Shown here: piece after piece, positions 53,703 through 62,932 of the stretch
How positions within the stretch are numbered: the stretch's first letter is position 1
Layout: each line of letters opens with the position of its first letter
Assembly (NCBI GenBank): GCA_031430015.1
Contig: JANPAR010000004.1
Span: 20,418 to 84,417, forward strand
Direction of reading: 5' to 3'
DNA from: Burkholderiales bacterium
Lineage (GTDB): Bacteria; Pseudomonadota; Gammaproteobacteria; Burkholderiales; JAEUOS01
Length of the DNA stretch: 64,000 nucleotides
Position numbers and translations under genes: made by a program
The notes under the pieces: model-generated
Database searches by the model: none
What the model was told of the DNA's origin: nothing
Seen by the model: only the letters and a program-made list of their open reading frames with translations

Positions 53703-54248
53703 TCAGAAGGGTGGTGGGCCGCTACGGGGCAGTTGCGCTAACTCCGCCGCAACTGCCTGTGCCACCGCGTCGCGCACGATGCGGCGTGCGGTGACCTTGA
53801 GTTCGGCGGTCATGCCGGCCAGCACTTGTTCAAGGAGATCGGTGAGTGATTCGCGCAGGCGTTGATCCACGACCGGGTCGATGCGTGTCATCAAGCCAGC
53901 CAGCACGCGCGACTGCACCCGCAGAGCGAGCGCATCCATCTCAGCGTCGGAATGCGCTGTTCTGGGGGGCGGCGTAAAGCCCGCAGCGGCGGCGTATCCG
54001 GATGACACGGGCAAGACCGGAGCGTCGACATGCACCGGCGCTGCCGCAAACGCAGATGGTGGGGCCGCAAGTGGTGCGGCGATCACCTGAAGATTCTGCG
54101 TTTTTTCGAGCTGGACAACTGACGCTGCACCATCCAGCGCAGCCAGTCTTTGCGTGTTGGCCAACACGCTGGCCGGCACCACCTCGGTGAGCACTGGGAT
54201 GCCGTCATCGGCAGCGGCAGCACGCTCCGCTTGCGGGACCCTGTTCAC
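53703..54248 (-). CDS. Hypothetical Ala/Pro-rich protein translationally coupled to holC
   Basis: 181-aa ORF whose start overlaps the holC stop by 4 nt. Composition is Ala/Pro/Val-rich and no family was recognised with confidence. The coding call rests on position and length only. Confidence 0.5.
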   Translation of the reverse strand: MNRVPQAERAAAADDGIPVLTEVVPASVLANTQRLAALDGAASVVQLEKTQNLQVIAAPLAAPPSAFAAAPVHVDAPVLPVSSGYAAAAGFTPPPRTAHSDAEMDALALRVQSRVLAGLMTRIDPVVDQRLRESLTDLLEQVLAGMTAELKVTARRIVRDAVAQAVAAELAQLPRSGPPPF

Positions 54249-54700
54249 ACAGATTCCTTTGCGCCCAGTGTGGCGAGATCGACGGTGTTGATTTCATAGC
54301 CGCGCTCGCGATAAAACTTGAGGCGTACGCGCGCACGCTGACGGTCGTCCTCGTCATCGCGGCTGACGATTTCGAGCAGACGCTCATACCGCGAGAATTG
54401 TGCCGGGCGCTCGCTGTCCAGATTCATCAGGACGTCATGGTGCGGCATCGCGTCCGCGTCAAAGGCCGCATCGCCAGTGAGCAGCACGGCGGTGTGCGGC
54501 GCAAGCCGGTGCCCGGCGCGGCAATGCGGCACAAAGCCGGTAGGTTGCGCGCTCCACAATAGGCGGTCGAAGGCGTCGAGCTGCGCGGCATCGCGGGTGT
54601 AGACCAGCACACGATTCTTTTTCGCGTAGGCCTTGCGCGCGAGCTTGACAGCCGCTGTCAGCTTGTCGGGGGCGTTGAAATAAAAATCGATGCGCGTCAT
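54245..54700 (-). CDS. holC: DNA polymerase III subunit chi
   Basis: MTRIDFYFNAPDKLTAAVKLARKAYAKKNRVLVYTRDAAQLDAFDRLLWS..FVPH at the internal ATG (track residue 78). About 151 aa. It lies in the conserved pepA-holC pairing. Confidence 0.85.
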   Translation of the reverse strand: MTRIDFYFNAPDKLTAAVKLARKAYAKKNRVLVYTRDAAQLDAFDRLLWSAQPTGFVPHCRAGHRLAPHTAVLLTGDAAFDADAMPHHDVLMNLDSERPAQFSRYERLLEIVSRDDEDDRQRARVRLKFYRERGYEINTVDLATLGAKESV

Positions 54701-54749
54701 TCGAAAACGGAAGGTGGGCGCGTGAGGGCGGTAACGCAAGCGCGCTGTG

Positions 54750-56243
54750 CTACTGCGCTGCCGCGCGTTGCAGAAGAAAATGGGTGAGCAAGGGCACCGG
54801 CCGGCCGGTGGCCCCTTTGGCAGGACCGGATTTCCAGGCCGTTCCTGCAATGTCGAGGTGCGCCCATTCGAATTTCTTTGCGAAGCGGGACAGGAAGCAC
54901 GCTGCCGTGACGCTGCCCGCAGGGCGGCCACCGATGTTGGCCATGTCGGCGAAATTTGATTTCAACTGTTCCTGATAATCGTCCCACAACGGCATGTGCC
55001 AGGCGCGGTCATGTGAAGTATCTCCCGCGTGCTGCAACTCGCGCGCAAGCGAGTCGGTGTTGCTGAAAAGGCCGGTGGCGACATGGCCGAGCGCAATCAC
55101 GCAGGCACCAGTGAGAGTGGCGATATCGACCACGCAAGCAGGTTCATAGCGCTCGGCGTAGGTGAGGGCGTCGTTGAGGATCAGCCTGCCTTCGGCGTCG
55201 GTGTTCAAGATTTCAACCGTCTGGCCGGACATGGTGGTGACGATGTCCCCGGGCTTGGTGGCCGCGCCACCAGGCATGTTCTCGGTGGTGGGTACGAGGC
55301 CGACGACGTTGAGCGCCAGCTTGAGTTCGGCAAGGGCCTTGAAGGTGCCAAAGACCGAGGCCGCACCGCACATGTCGAATTTCATTTCGTCCATGCCTTC
55401 ACCGGGCTTGAGCGATATGCCGCCGGTGTCAAAAGTGATGCCCTTGCCGATCAGCACTACGGGTTTTTCCCCCTTGGGGCCACCGTTGTATTCCATCACG
55501 ATGAATTTGGGCGGCTGGCGTGAACCGTCTGCGACCGACAGGAAGGACCCCATCTTAAGGTCTTCGCAGTCCTTTCGTTCGAGCACCTTGCACGTGAAGC
55601 CATTCTCGTTGGCGAGTTCTTGCGCACGCTGCGCGAGGTAAGTGGGAGTGCAGATGTTTCCCGGCAGATTGCCGAGGTCTTTGGCGAGCGCCATGCCGCG
55701 CGCGATGGCGGCACCCTCCTTCATCGCGGTTTCTGCCGCGGGCAGCTCGTTGCGGCGCTCAACGGCGAGCGTGAGTTTGCGCAAGGGACGGCGCACTTCG
55801 TCCTTCTTGCTTTTCATCGTATCGAACCGGTAGACCGCGTCCTGCGCGACGGTGGCCGCTTGGCGCACGCGCCAGTTGGTATCGCGTTTTTTCACCGGTG
55901 CTTCGGTCAGATACAGGGTGCCGTCAAAGGCGCCAGTTTCATTGAGCATGGTGACGGCGCTGTGGATCGCCGCGCGATATTCGCGCTCGCGAAACTCTTT
56001 CTCGCGCCCGAGACCGACGAGCATCACACGGTCGGCCAACAGACCCGGCACGTTGTGCAGCAGCAGGGTGCGCCCGGCCTTGCCCTCCATGTCGCCACGG
56101 CGGATGATGTCGGACAGGTAGCCTTTGCTCGCCTTGTCCACCAGTTCACCGGCAGCAGTGAGCTTGCGCGGCTCAAACACGCCGATCACGATGCAGGCGC
56201 TGCGCTGTTTCTCGGGGCTACCGCTCTTTATGCTAAATTCCAT
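54750..56243 (-). CDS. pepA: Leucyl aminopeptidase (M17)
   Basis: MEFSIKSGSPEKQRSACIVIGVFE N-terminus at the internal ATG. M17 signature NTDAEGRLILNDALTYA and metal ligands (GKGITFDTGG, DMCGAA). Confidence 0.95.
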   Translation of the reverse strand: MEFSIKSGSPEKQRSACIVIGVFEPRKLTAAGELVDKASKGYLSDIIRRGDMEGKAGRTLLLHNVPGLLADRVMLVGLGREKEFREREYRAAIHSAVTMLNETGAFDGTLYLTEAPVKKRDTNWRVRQAATVAQDAVYRFDTMKSKKDEVRRPLRKLTLAVERRNELPAAETAMKEGAAIARGMALAKDLGNLPGNICTPTYLAQRAQELANENGFTCKVLERKDCEDLKMGSFLSVADGSRQPPKFIVMEYNGGPKGEKPVVLIGKGITFDTGGISLKPGEGMDEMKFDMCGAASVFGTFKALAELKLALNVVGLVPTTENMPGGAATKPGDIVTTMSGQTVEILNTDAEGRLILNDALTYAERYEPACVVDIATLTGACVIALGHVATGLFSNTDSLARELQHAGDTSHDRAWHMPLWDDYQEQLKSNFADMANIGGRPAGSVTAACFLSRFAKKFEWAHLDIAGTAWKSGPAKGATGRPVPLLTHFLLQRAAAQ

Positions 56244-56445
56244 CGCGATTCTCCACTGTGCATGGCTGGAAGAATGGGCATTATGACGTGAAAAGCCCCG
56301 TTTCTCCAAATTGCCCCCATTTTCACGATTTTCGGCCCGGCATTTCGTGCTTCGTCGCGCGCAACCGGGTTTGCCTTTGATGATGGTTCGCCGCGTATTC
56401 CCGCCGTGTATTCCGCTGTGCCGCTTCGTGACTTGACTCCCCCCA

Positions 56446-57531
56446 ATGCTGTTCCGCCAGGCCCTGACGCGTGAACTGACCCAGATTGCCGGGGCGGTGT
56501 TTGTCACGCTGTTCACAATCATGCTGACCACGCAGTCGATCCGGCTGCTGGGGCTGGCTGCTGGCGGCAAGCTCGCGTCTGAAGCGGTGCTGGCGTTGTT
56601 GGGGTTCGCTGCGCTCGGTTATCTGCCGGTGTTGCTTTCGCTCACCGTGTTTGTCTCGGTGTTGTTGACCTTGTCGCGCCAATACCGTGACTCCGAAATG
56701 GTGGTGTGGTTTGCCAGCGGGCAGTCGCTGCTAGCCTGGGTGCGTCCGGTGCTGGCCTTTGCCGCGCCGTTCGTGTTGATGATTGCGGTGTTGAGCCTCG
56801 TTGCCGCACCTTGGGCGGCCGCTCAGAGTGAGCGCTACAAGGCAAAGCTGGATGCACGCGACGATGCGGCACGCATCTCGCCCGGTGCCTTCAAGGAATC
56901 TGCGCGTGGCGACCGCGTGTTTTTTGTCGAGAGCGCGGTGCTCGACAGTGGCCGCGTACAGAACGTGTTCGTCAATTCGATCCAGCACGGGCGCTTGGGG
57001 GTGATGGTGTCGCAGCAAGGCTTCACCGAAATTGCGGCTAATGGCGACAAATTTCTGGTGATGGTCAAAGGCCGCCGCTACGAGGGCGAACCCGGCAAGC
57101 TCGATTACAAGATCATGGATTTCGAGCGCTATGCCGTGCGGATTGAACAAAAGGCTGACCGCGTTGAGCCTGAAACCAGCCCGCGCCAGCAGAGCACGGT
57201 GGCGCTGCTGGAGAATTTGTCAAATCCGAACAAGGGCGAATTTTTGTGGCGCATCGGCGTGCCGCTGGCCGCGCTGGTGCTGGCCATGCTCGCGATCCCG
57301 CTGTCGTTCGTCAATCCGCGCGCCGGGCGCTCGCTCAATCTGCTGTTTGCGCTGCTCACTTACATGGTCTACAGCAATTGCATCAGCATCACGCAGGCGT
57401 GGGTGGCGCAGGGGCGCGTTGGCTTCTGGGCTGCGTGGTGGCTGGTGCATGTGGTGATGTTTGTGCTGCTGCTGGCGCTGTTCTGGCGGCGCCTCGCGGT
57501 GCAGTCGGTGTTTGCGATGTTGCGGCGATGA
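56446..57531 (+). CDS. lptF: LPS export ABC transporter permease LptF
   Basis: YjgP/YjgQ-family fold: six TM segments with a large periplasmic beta-jellyroll loop. It is divergent from pepA and followed by lptG. Confidence 0.88.
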   Translation: MLFRQALTRELTQIAGAVFVTLFTIMLTTQSIRLLGLAAGGKLASEAVLALLGFAALGYLPVLLSLTVFVSVLLTLSRQYRDSEMVVWFASGQSLLAWVRPVLAFAAPFVLMIAVLSLVAAPWAAAQSERYKAKLDARDDAARISPGAFKESARGDRVFFVESAVLDSGRVQNVFVNSIQHGRLGVMVSQQGFTEIAANGDKFLVMVKGRRYEGEPGKLDYKIMDFERYAVRIEQKADRVEPETSPRQQSTVALLENLSNPNKGEFLWRIGVPLAALVLAMLAIPLSFVNPRAGRSLNLLFALLTYMVYSNCISITQAWVAQGRVGFWAAWWLVHVVMFVLLLALFWRRLAVQSVFAMLRR

Positions 57532-58601
57532 GAATCCTGCGCCGCTATCTCGCGCGCGAGATCTATTCCGCCACCGCCCTCGTGCTCTTGGCATTTCTCG
57601 GTCTGTTTGCGTTCTTTGACTTGATTCACGAACTCGGTGACATCGGCAAGGGCGACTACAAGCTCCAGCACGCCGCCATGTTTGTGCTGCTTTCGGTGCC
57701 GGGGCGGGTGTATGAATTGATGCCGATTGCCGTACTGATTGGCGCGGTATATGGGTTGGCGCTGCTGGCCGCGCACTCTGAAGTCACGGTGATGCGCGCC
57801 TCGGGTCTTTCGACCTGGCAGGCGTTGGGTGCAGTGATGAGTGCGGGCTTGGTGCTGGCGTTGATCACGTTTTGCTTTGGGGAATTGATCGCGCCGCCGG
57901 CCGAGCGCGCCGCGCAATCCTTGCGCTTGAAAGCACTGACCTCGGTGATCGCGCAGGAGTTTCGTTCCGGCCTGTGGGTGCGCGACGGCAGAAATTTTGT
58001 TAACGTCGGTGAGGTCAAGCCCGATGCGCGCCTGGTCAATGTCAAGATCTACGAGTTCGATGCGGACCTGCGCTTGCGCACCGTCAGCTTCGCCGAGCAG
58101 GGGGAATACCAGCCGCCCAACCGCTGGCGCCTCGTCAACGTGGTGCGCACGGTGTTCGCTGAATCCGGCAGCCGCATCGAGAAGGCACCCGAGATGCTGT
58201 GGTCGTCTGATTTGAACCCCGACATCCTCGGTGTGCTGCTGGTGCAACCCGACAAAATGTCGATGGCGACCCTGTATCAATATGTGCAGCACCTGGCCGA
58301 GAACAAGCAAAGCACCGGCCGCTACGACATCGCGCTATGGAAGAAGGTGGTCTACCCGCTGGCGGTGCTGGTGATGCTGGCCCTCGCGCTGCCGTTTGCC
58401 TACATGCAGTCACGTTCGGGCGGCGTCTCGTTCAAGATATTTGCCGGCATCATGCTCGGGCTGGTGTTTCATTTGCTCAACAGCCTGTTCGCGCATTTGG
58501 GGGCGATCAACACCTGGCCGGCATTTTTGTCGGCGGTGACGCCGAGCCTGATTTTTCTGGCGCTGGCGGGTGTCATGCAGTGGCGGGCGGAGCGGGCCTG
58601 A
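57528..58601 (+). CDS. lptG: LPS export ABC transporter permease LptG
   Basis: MRILRRYLAREIYSATALVLLAFLGLFAFFDLI at the internal ATG (ATGA overlap with lptF). Same YjgP/YjgQ topology as lptF. Confidence 0.88.
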   Translation: MRILRRYLAREIYSATALVLLAFLGLFAFFDLIHELGDIGKGDYKLQHAAMFVLLSVPGRVYELMPIAVLIGAVYGLALLAAHSEVTVMRASGLSTWQALGAVMSAGLVLALITFCFGELIAPPAERAAQSLRLKALTSVIAQEFRSGLWVRDGRNFVNVGEVKPDARLVNVKIYEFDADLRLRTVSFAEQGEYQPPNRWRLVNVVRTVFAESGSRIEKAPEMLWSSDLNPDILGVLLVQPDKMSMATLYQYVQHLAENKQSTGRYDIALWKKVVYPLAVLVMLALALPFAYMQSRSGGVSFKIFAGIMLGLVFHLLNSLFAHLGAINTWPAFLSAVTPSLIFLALAGVMQWRAERA

Positions 58602-58715
58602 CGGCTGACGAGGTGGGCAAACCGTCTGCGGCGACAGTGCATGAGTGCGGGAAGTGGAACGCAATGTATCTAAAGGCTGTACGTAATATCAGTTTTTAGG
58701 TATGATGTAAGTTCC

Positions 58716-59867
58716 ATGAGCGAAATCACCGCTACCCCCATTGCCTGGAAAGGCCGCGGCGCGCGCATTGCGCCGCAGGTGCGCTTTGACGCGCAGAAGC
58801 GCGAGATCGTGGATGACGGCTGGGGTGAAGCGAAGACGGCGGAAGACGCCCCCGCGCCACCACGCACCGTGGTCACGCCGCAAACGGCGAAAAGCATCAT
58901 CACCCGCAATGACTCGCCCGACATACCTTTCACCCAGTCGATCAATCCCTACTACGGCTGCGAGCATGGCTGCATTTATTGCTATGCGCGTCCTAGCTAT
59001 GCCTATTGGGGCTTGTCACCGGGGATCGATTTCGAGACCAAGCTGTTCGCCAAAACCAACGCTGCCGAATTGCTGCGCAAGGAGTTGTCAAAGCCCGCCT
59101 ACGTCGTCAGCGCCATCAGCATCGGTGCCAACACCGACCCCTACCAGCCGGCCGAGCGCGAGTGGCGCATCACGCGCCAGGTGCTCGAAGTGTGTGAACA
59201 ATTCAACCAGCCAGTCGGCATCATCACCAAGTCGTCATTGATCGAACGCGACATCGACATCCTCGCGCGCATGGCGCAGAAACAACTGGCGAAGGTGTTT
59301 GTGTCGTGCGCCTCGCTCGATGCAGACCTCGCGCGCAAGCTCGAGCCGCGCGCCGCTGCGCCGTACCGCCGCATCGACACCATTAAGCGTCTCGTCAACG
59401 CAGGTATCCCAACAGGCGTGCTGGCCGCACCGATGATCCCGATGCTCAACGACGCCACGCTTGAAGAGGCACTTGAAGCCGCGCAGGCTGCAGGCGCAAG
59501 CGAAGCGGGCTACGTGCTGCTACGCCTGCCGCATGAATTGAAGGAATTGTTCAAGGACTGGCTCGAAGCCCATTTTCCCGAACGCGCCGCGCACGTGATG
59601 AGTATCGTGCGCCAGTCGCGTGGTGGGCGCGAGAATGATTCGGCTTTCGGATCACGCTTACGTGGCGAAGGCGTCTTTGCCGACATGATTGCGCAACGCT
59701 TCAAAAAGACTTGCGCGCGGCTGGGGTTGAACGCGCGGCACTATGCGCTCGACACGTTGCAGTTCAACACGGTTGGCCGGGGCGGCGCGAAGGGAAGTGC
59801 CCAAGTTTCTCCAAAACATGGCTCGGAGAGTGGCTCTGGGAGCGGGCCGCAACTGAGCCTCTTTTGA
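58716..59867 (+). CDS. Radical SAM protein (PA0069-like family)
   Basis: CxxxCxxC cluster motif YYGCEHGCIYCYARP. The overall similarity to the widespread PA0069-type radical SAM proteins is recalled from memory. Confidence 0.8.
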   Translation: MSEITATPIAWKGRGARIAPQVRFDAQKREIVDDGWGEAKTAEDAPAPPRTVVTPQTAKSIITRNDSPDIPFTQSINPYYGCEHGCIYCYARPSYAYWGLSPGIDFETKLFAKTNAAELLRKELSKPAYVVSAISIGANTDPYQPAEREWRITRQVLEVCEQFNQPVGIITKSSLIERDIDILARMAQKQLAKVFVSCASLDADLARKLEPRAAAPYRRIDTIKRLVNAGIPTGVLAAPMIPMLNDATLEEALEAAQAAGASEAGYVLLRLPHELKELFKDWLEAHFPERAAHVMSIVRQSRGGRENDSAFGSRLRGEGVFADMIAQRFKKTCARLGLNARHYALDTLQFNTVGRGGAKGSAQVSPKHGSESGSGSGPQLSLF

Positions 59868-59950
59868 ACGCCTTGCCTGCCAAAGCTTTCAAGCCATGTG
59901 TGCAACCGGTTCGGAAACAACCTGTCTGGTTGGTTTGATTGGTCTGGCCG

Positions 59951-61225
59951 CTAGACCGAACTCAGGCGCACATTCGCCATCGTCAAGCGCTCGACCAGAA
60001 TCGTCAAAAACGCACGGTCAAAGTGGCTGCGCGTGGCATCCGACGCCTTTTCCAGCGCCACGTTACGGATGGTGATGATCTTGGCGTCGCTCATGGTGCT
60101 GATGTCTGCGCCGCGGCGTTTTTCTTCTGACAGATACGACATTTCGCCGAAGCACTCGCCGGTGTCGAGGATGTTGAGCAGTTTGCCGCGCTTGGTGACC
60201 TTGACCTGTCCCTTGGCGAGCAGGCAAAAGTAGTCGCCTTCTTCACCTTCGCGCAAAATCATTTGGCCTGGACCGAGTGCTTGCCACTCGGAAAACCGGG
60301 CGACCTCCCACAACTCAACGTCGGTGAACTGCTTGAAGAACGGCATGCCTTGCAGGGTGTTGAATTTTTCCGAATCGGCAAATGCATTGTCTTCAGACAT
60401 GCCTTCATCGCGGAACGCGTCGGCCAGCGCCAGAGCAAATTCGTCCCATTCCTTGTAGCGGTCTTCCAGATCTTTGGCCATTGCCGTCTTGACAATGGCA
60501 TCGACGCTGCGTGGAATCTCGTTGCGCAAACCCGACGGCGGCAGTGGCTCGGTGTTGACGATCTGGTAAATCATCGAAAAATTGTTACTGGCCTGAAACG
60601 GCAACTGGCCAGTGAGCATTTGATACATCACGACGCCGAGCGAATAAATGTCGGTGCGATGATCGAGCGGATGCTCTTTGACCTGCTGCGGCGACATGTA
60701 GGCGGGCGAGCCGATGCCAGCCACCTGCGTGGTGTTCGAGGTGGTGCTGATGGCAGCGCCGAAGTCGGTGACTTTGATGTCGTAGTCGCTGTCGCCCACC
60801 ATCATGATGTTGGCGGGTTTGATGTCGCGATGGGTGACGCCAACTTTGTGCGCAAAGTCGAGTGCACGTGTGATCTTGAAAATGATCTCAACCACGGTTT
60901 GCACTGGCAGCAGGGCGTTGACGTCGCAAAATTTTTCTAAGGTCGAACCTTCGACAAATTCCATTACGATGTACTTCTCTTCTTCGTCGGTGACGGCGTC
61001 GAAGATCGAGGCGATGTGCGGATGAATCAGCTTGCCGGCCAGGCCTGCTTCGGCAACGAACAGCTTGCGGAACAGGTGGCCACGCTCGGCATCCTTGAGC
61101 GCTTCCGGGTGCACGCGCTTGACCGCCACTTGACGATTGTTGAATGGGTCTTCGCACAGGTAAACCGAGCTGGTCGCGCCTTCACCAAGCTTGCGTAGCA
61201 CCTTGTACTTGCCGATTTTTTCCAT
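59951..61225 (-). CDS. Hanks-type Ser/Thr protein kinase fused to a C-terminal cyclic-nucleotide-binding (CNB) domain
   Basis: Kinase features: GEGATSSV Gly-loop, VAVK (Lys36), HRDIKPAN, DFG and SPAYMSPQQ. CNB-like domain (residues approximately 294-415): FFKQFTDVELWEV....GQMILREGEEGDYFCLLAKGQVKV...GECFGEMSYL...RRGADI. Confidence 0.85.
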   Translation of the reverse strand: MEKIGKYKVLRKLGEGATSSVYLCEDPFNNRQVAVKRVHPEALKDAERGHLFRKLFVAEAGLAGKLIHPHIASIFDAVTDEEEKYIVMEFVEGSTLEKFCDVNALLPVQTVVEIIFKITRALDFAHKVGVTHRDIKPANIMMVGDSDYDIKVTDFGAAISTTSNTTQVAGIGSPAYMSPQQVKEHPLDHRTDIYSLGVVMYQMLTGQLPFQASNNFSMIYQIVNTEPLPPSGLRNEIPRSVDAIVKTAMAKDLEDRYKEWDEFALALADAFRDEGMSEDNAFADSEKFNTLQGMPFFKQFTDVELWEVARFSEWQALGPGQMILREGEEGDYFCLLAKGQVKVTKRGKLLNILDTGECFGEMSYLSEEKRRGADISTMSDAKIITIRNVALEKASDATRSHFDRAFLTILVERLTMANVRLSSV

Positions 61226-61230
61226 GACGT

Positions 61231-61300
61231 CCCCTGTTGCTTGCTGTTGCTGCTAGTTGCTGCTTGTCGCTTCTGGTCGCTTCCGGTCGCGTCTGGTCGC
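61231..61300. repeat. Seven degenerate tandem decamers in the argH-kinase spacer (kinase leader)
   Basis: CCCCTGTTGC / TTGCTGTTGC / TGCTAGTTGC / TGCTTGTCGC / TTCTGGTCGC / TTCCGGTCGC / GTCTGGTCGC. The plus strand has a single A in 61231-61315. Confidence 0.85.
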
Positions 61301-61321
61301 CGCCCGCCGTTGCCGATGACG

Positions 61322-62716
61322 CTATGCCACCAAGCGCTTGCGCGCAGCCGCAATCGCCATCTTGACTTGTGCCGGTGCTGTGCCTCCCACATGATTGCGG
61401 CTGGCGAGCGAGCCTTCAAGGGTGAGAACACCAAACACCGAATCATCGATCAACTCGCTGAACCCCTGCAACTCTGCGAGCGGCAGTTGCTCCAGGCCAC
61501 ACTTCTTGGTCTCGGCATGCCGCACCGCGCGCGCCACCACTTCATGCGCATCGCGAAACGGCAGGCCTTTTTTCACCAGCCAATCGGCGAGGTCTGTCGC
61601 GGTCGAAAAGCCCTCTAGCGCCGCCGCGCGCATACGTTCTGCATTTACCGCAATAGTGCGCACCATTGACGCGAAAATCGTCAGCGTATCAGCTACCGTG
61701 TCGATGGTATCGAACAGCGGCTCCTTGTCTTCCTGATTGTCCTTGTTGTAGGCCAGCGGCTGGCCTTTCATCAGCGTGAGCAGGGCAACAAGGTGGCCGA
61801 TGACGCGCCCGGTCTTGCCGCGTGCCAGCTCGGGCACGTCAGGGTTTTTTTTCTGCGGCATGATCGACGAGCCGGTGCAGAAGCGGTCAGCCAATGTGAT
61901 GAAGCCAAAGCGCGGGCTCATCCACAAAATCAGTTCTTCCGACAAGCGCGACAGGTGCGTCATCACCAGCGCGCAGGCAGCGGTGAATTCAATCGCGAAG
62001 TCGCGATCAGACACCGCGTCGAGCGAGTTGACACACACGCTATCGAATCCAAGTTCGACAGCAACTGCGGCGCGGTCAATCGGATAACTGGTACCGGCCA
62101 ACGCCGCACTACCCAGGGGCAACTGATTCATCCGGCGCCGGCAATCCTGCATGCGCCCGGCATCGCGTTCGAGCATCTCGACATAGGCCATCAAGTGGTG
62201 GCCCAACGTCACCGGTTGCGCCACCTGCAAGTGGGTGAAGCCCGGCATCACGGTAGCGGCATGCGTGTCTGCGACCTCCATCAAACTGGTTTGCAGTGCG
62301 TGCAGCAGGGTGACGATGCGGTCGATTTCGCCACGCACGTAGAGGCGAATATCGGTGGCGACCTGGTCATTGCGCGAGCGCCCGGTGTGCAGGCGCTTGC
62401 CGGCGTCGCCAATCAGCGCGGTGAGGCGTTTCTCGATATTGAGATGCACGTCTTCATCATCGAGCGACCAGACAAACTCGCCGCGCTCGATCTCGCCGCG
62501 CACTTGCGCGAGGCCGCGTTCGATGCTCGCCACGTCGTCTGCGTGGATGATGCCTTGCCGCCCGAGCATGCGCGCGTGCGCGAGTGAACCGGTGATGTCG
62601 GCCATCGCCAAGCGCTTGTCGAAAAACACCGACGCGGTGTAGCGTTTGACCAGATCATCGACCGCTTCCGAGAAGCGGCCCGACCAGGCTTTGGGGGCGG
62701 GAGCGGTTTCTGACAT
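61322..62716 (-). CDS. argH: Argininosuccinate lyase
   Basis: WSGRFSE N-terminus, TGRSRNDQV, the fumarate-lyase signature [12 protein letters not shown], and 464 aa. Confidence 0.95.
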   Translation of the reverse strand: MSETAPAPKAWSGRFSEAVDDLVKRYTASVFFDKRLAMADITGSLAHARMLGRQGIIHADDVASIERGLAQVRGEIERGEFVWSLDDEDVHLNIEKRLTALIGDAGKRLHTGRSRNDQVATDIRLYVRGEIDRIVTLLHALQTSLMEVADTHAATVMPGFTHLQVAQPVTLGHHLMAYVEMLERDAGRMQDCRRRMNQLPLGSAALAGTSYPIDRAAVAVELGFDSVCVNSLDAVSDRDFAIEFTAACALVMTHLSRLSEELILWMSPRFGFITLADRFCTGSSIMPQKKNPDVPELARGKTGRVIGHLVALLTLMKGQPLAYNKDNQEDKEPLFDTIDTVADTLTIFASMVRTIAVNAERMRAAALEGFSTATDLADWLVKKGLPFRDAHEVVARAVRHAETKKCGLEQLPLAELQGFSELIDDSVFGVLTLEGSLASRNHVGGTAPAQVKMAIAAARKRLVA

Positions 62717-62932
62717 ACTTGGGATAGGTTCCGGTTAAATGCTCGCCGGACTGCGATGGGATGAAGTGCTCGGATGAAATGAAGGAACAAACTGAGGGGG
62801 CTGAACTGCGCGCGGGAACAATCTGCTGGGTTGGAACCAATGGCAGAAGCGATGCTGGTTCTGGTTCACGCCCTAGGCTACGGCCCTTGACCGCTCACAT
62901 AAACACGCGAAGCACTTGTTTTTATTGGGGAA

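Noticed and set aside
61231-61300. The decamer arrays (also 43301-43360 and 25823-25852) considered as CRISPR or minisatellite loci.
   Set aside because: The units are only 10 bp and directly abutting with no spacers, so they are not CRISPR. They are kept as repeats and possible regulatory arrays only.
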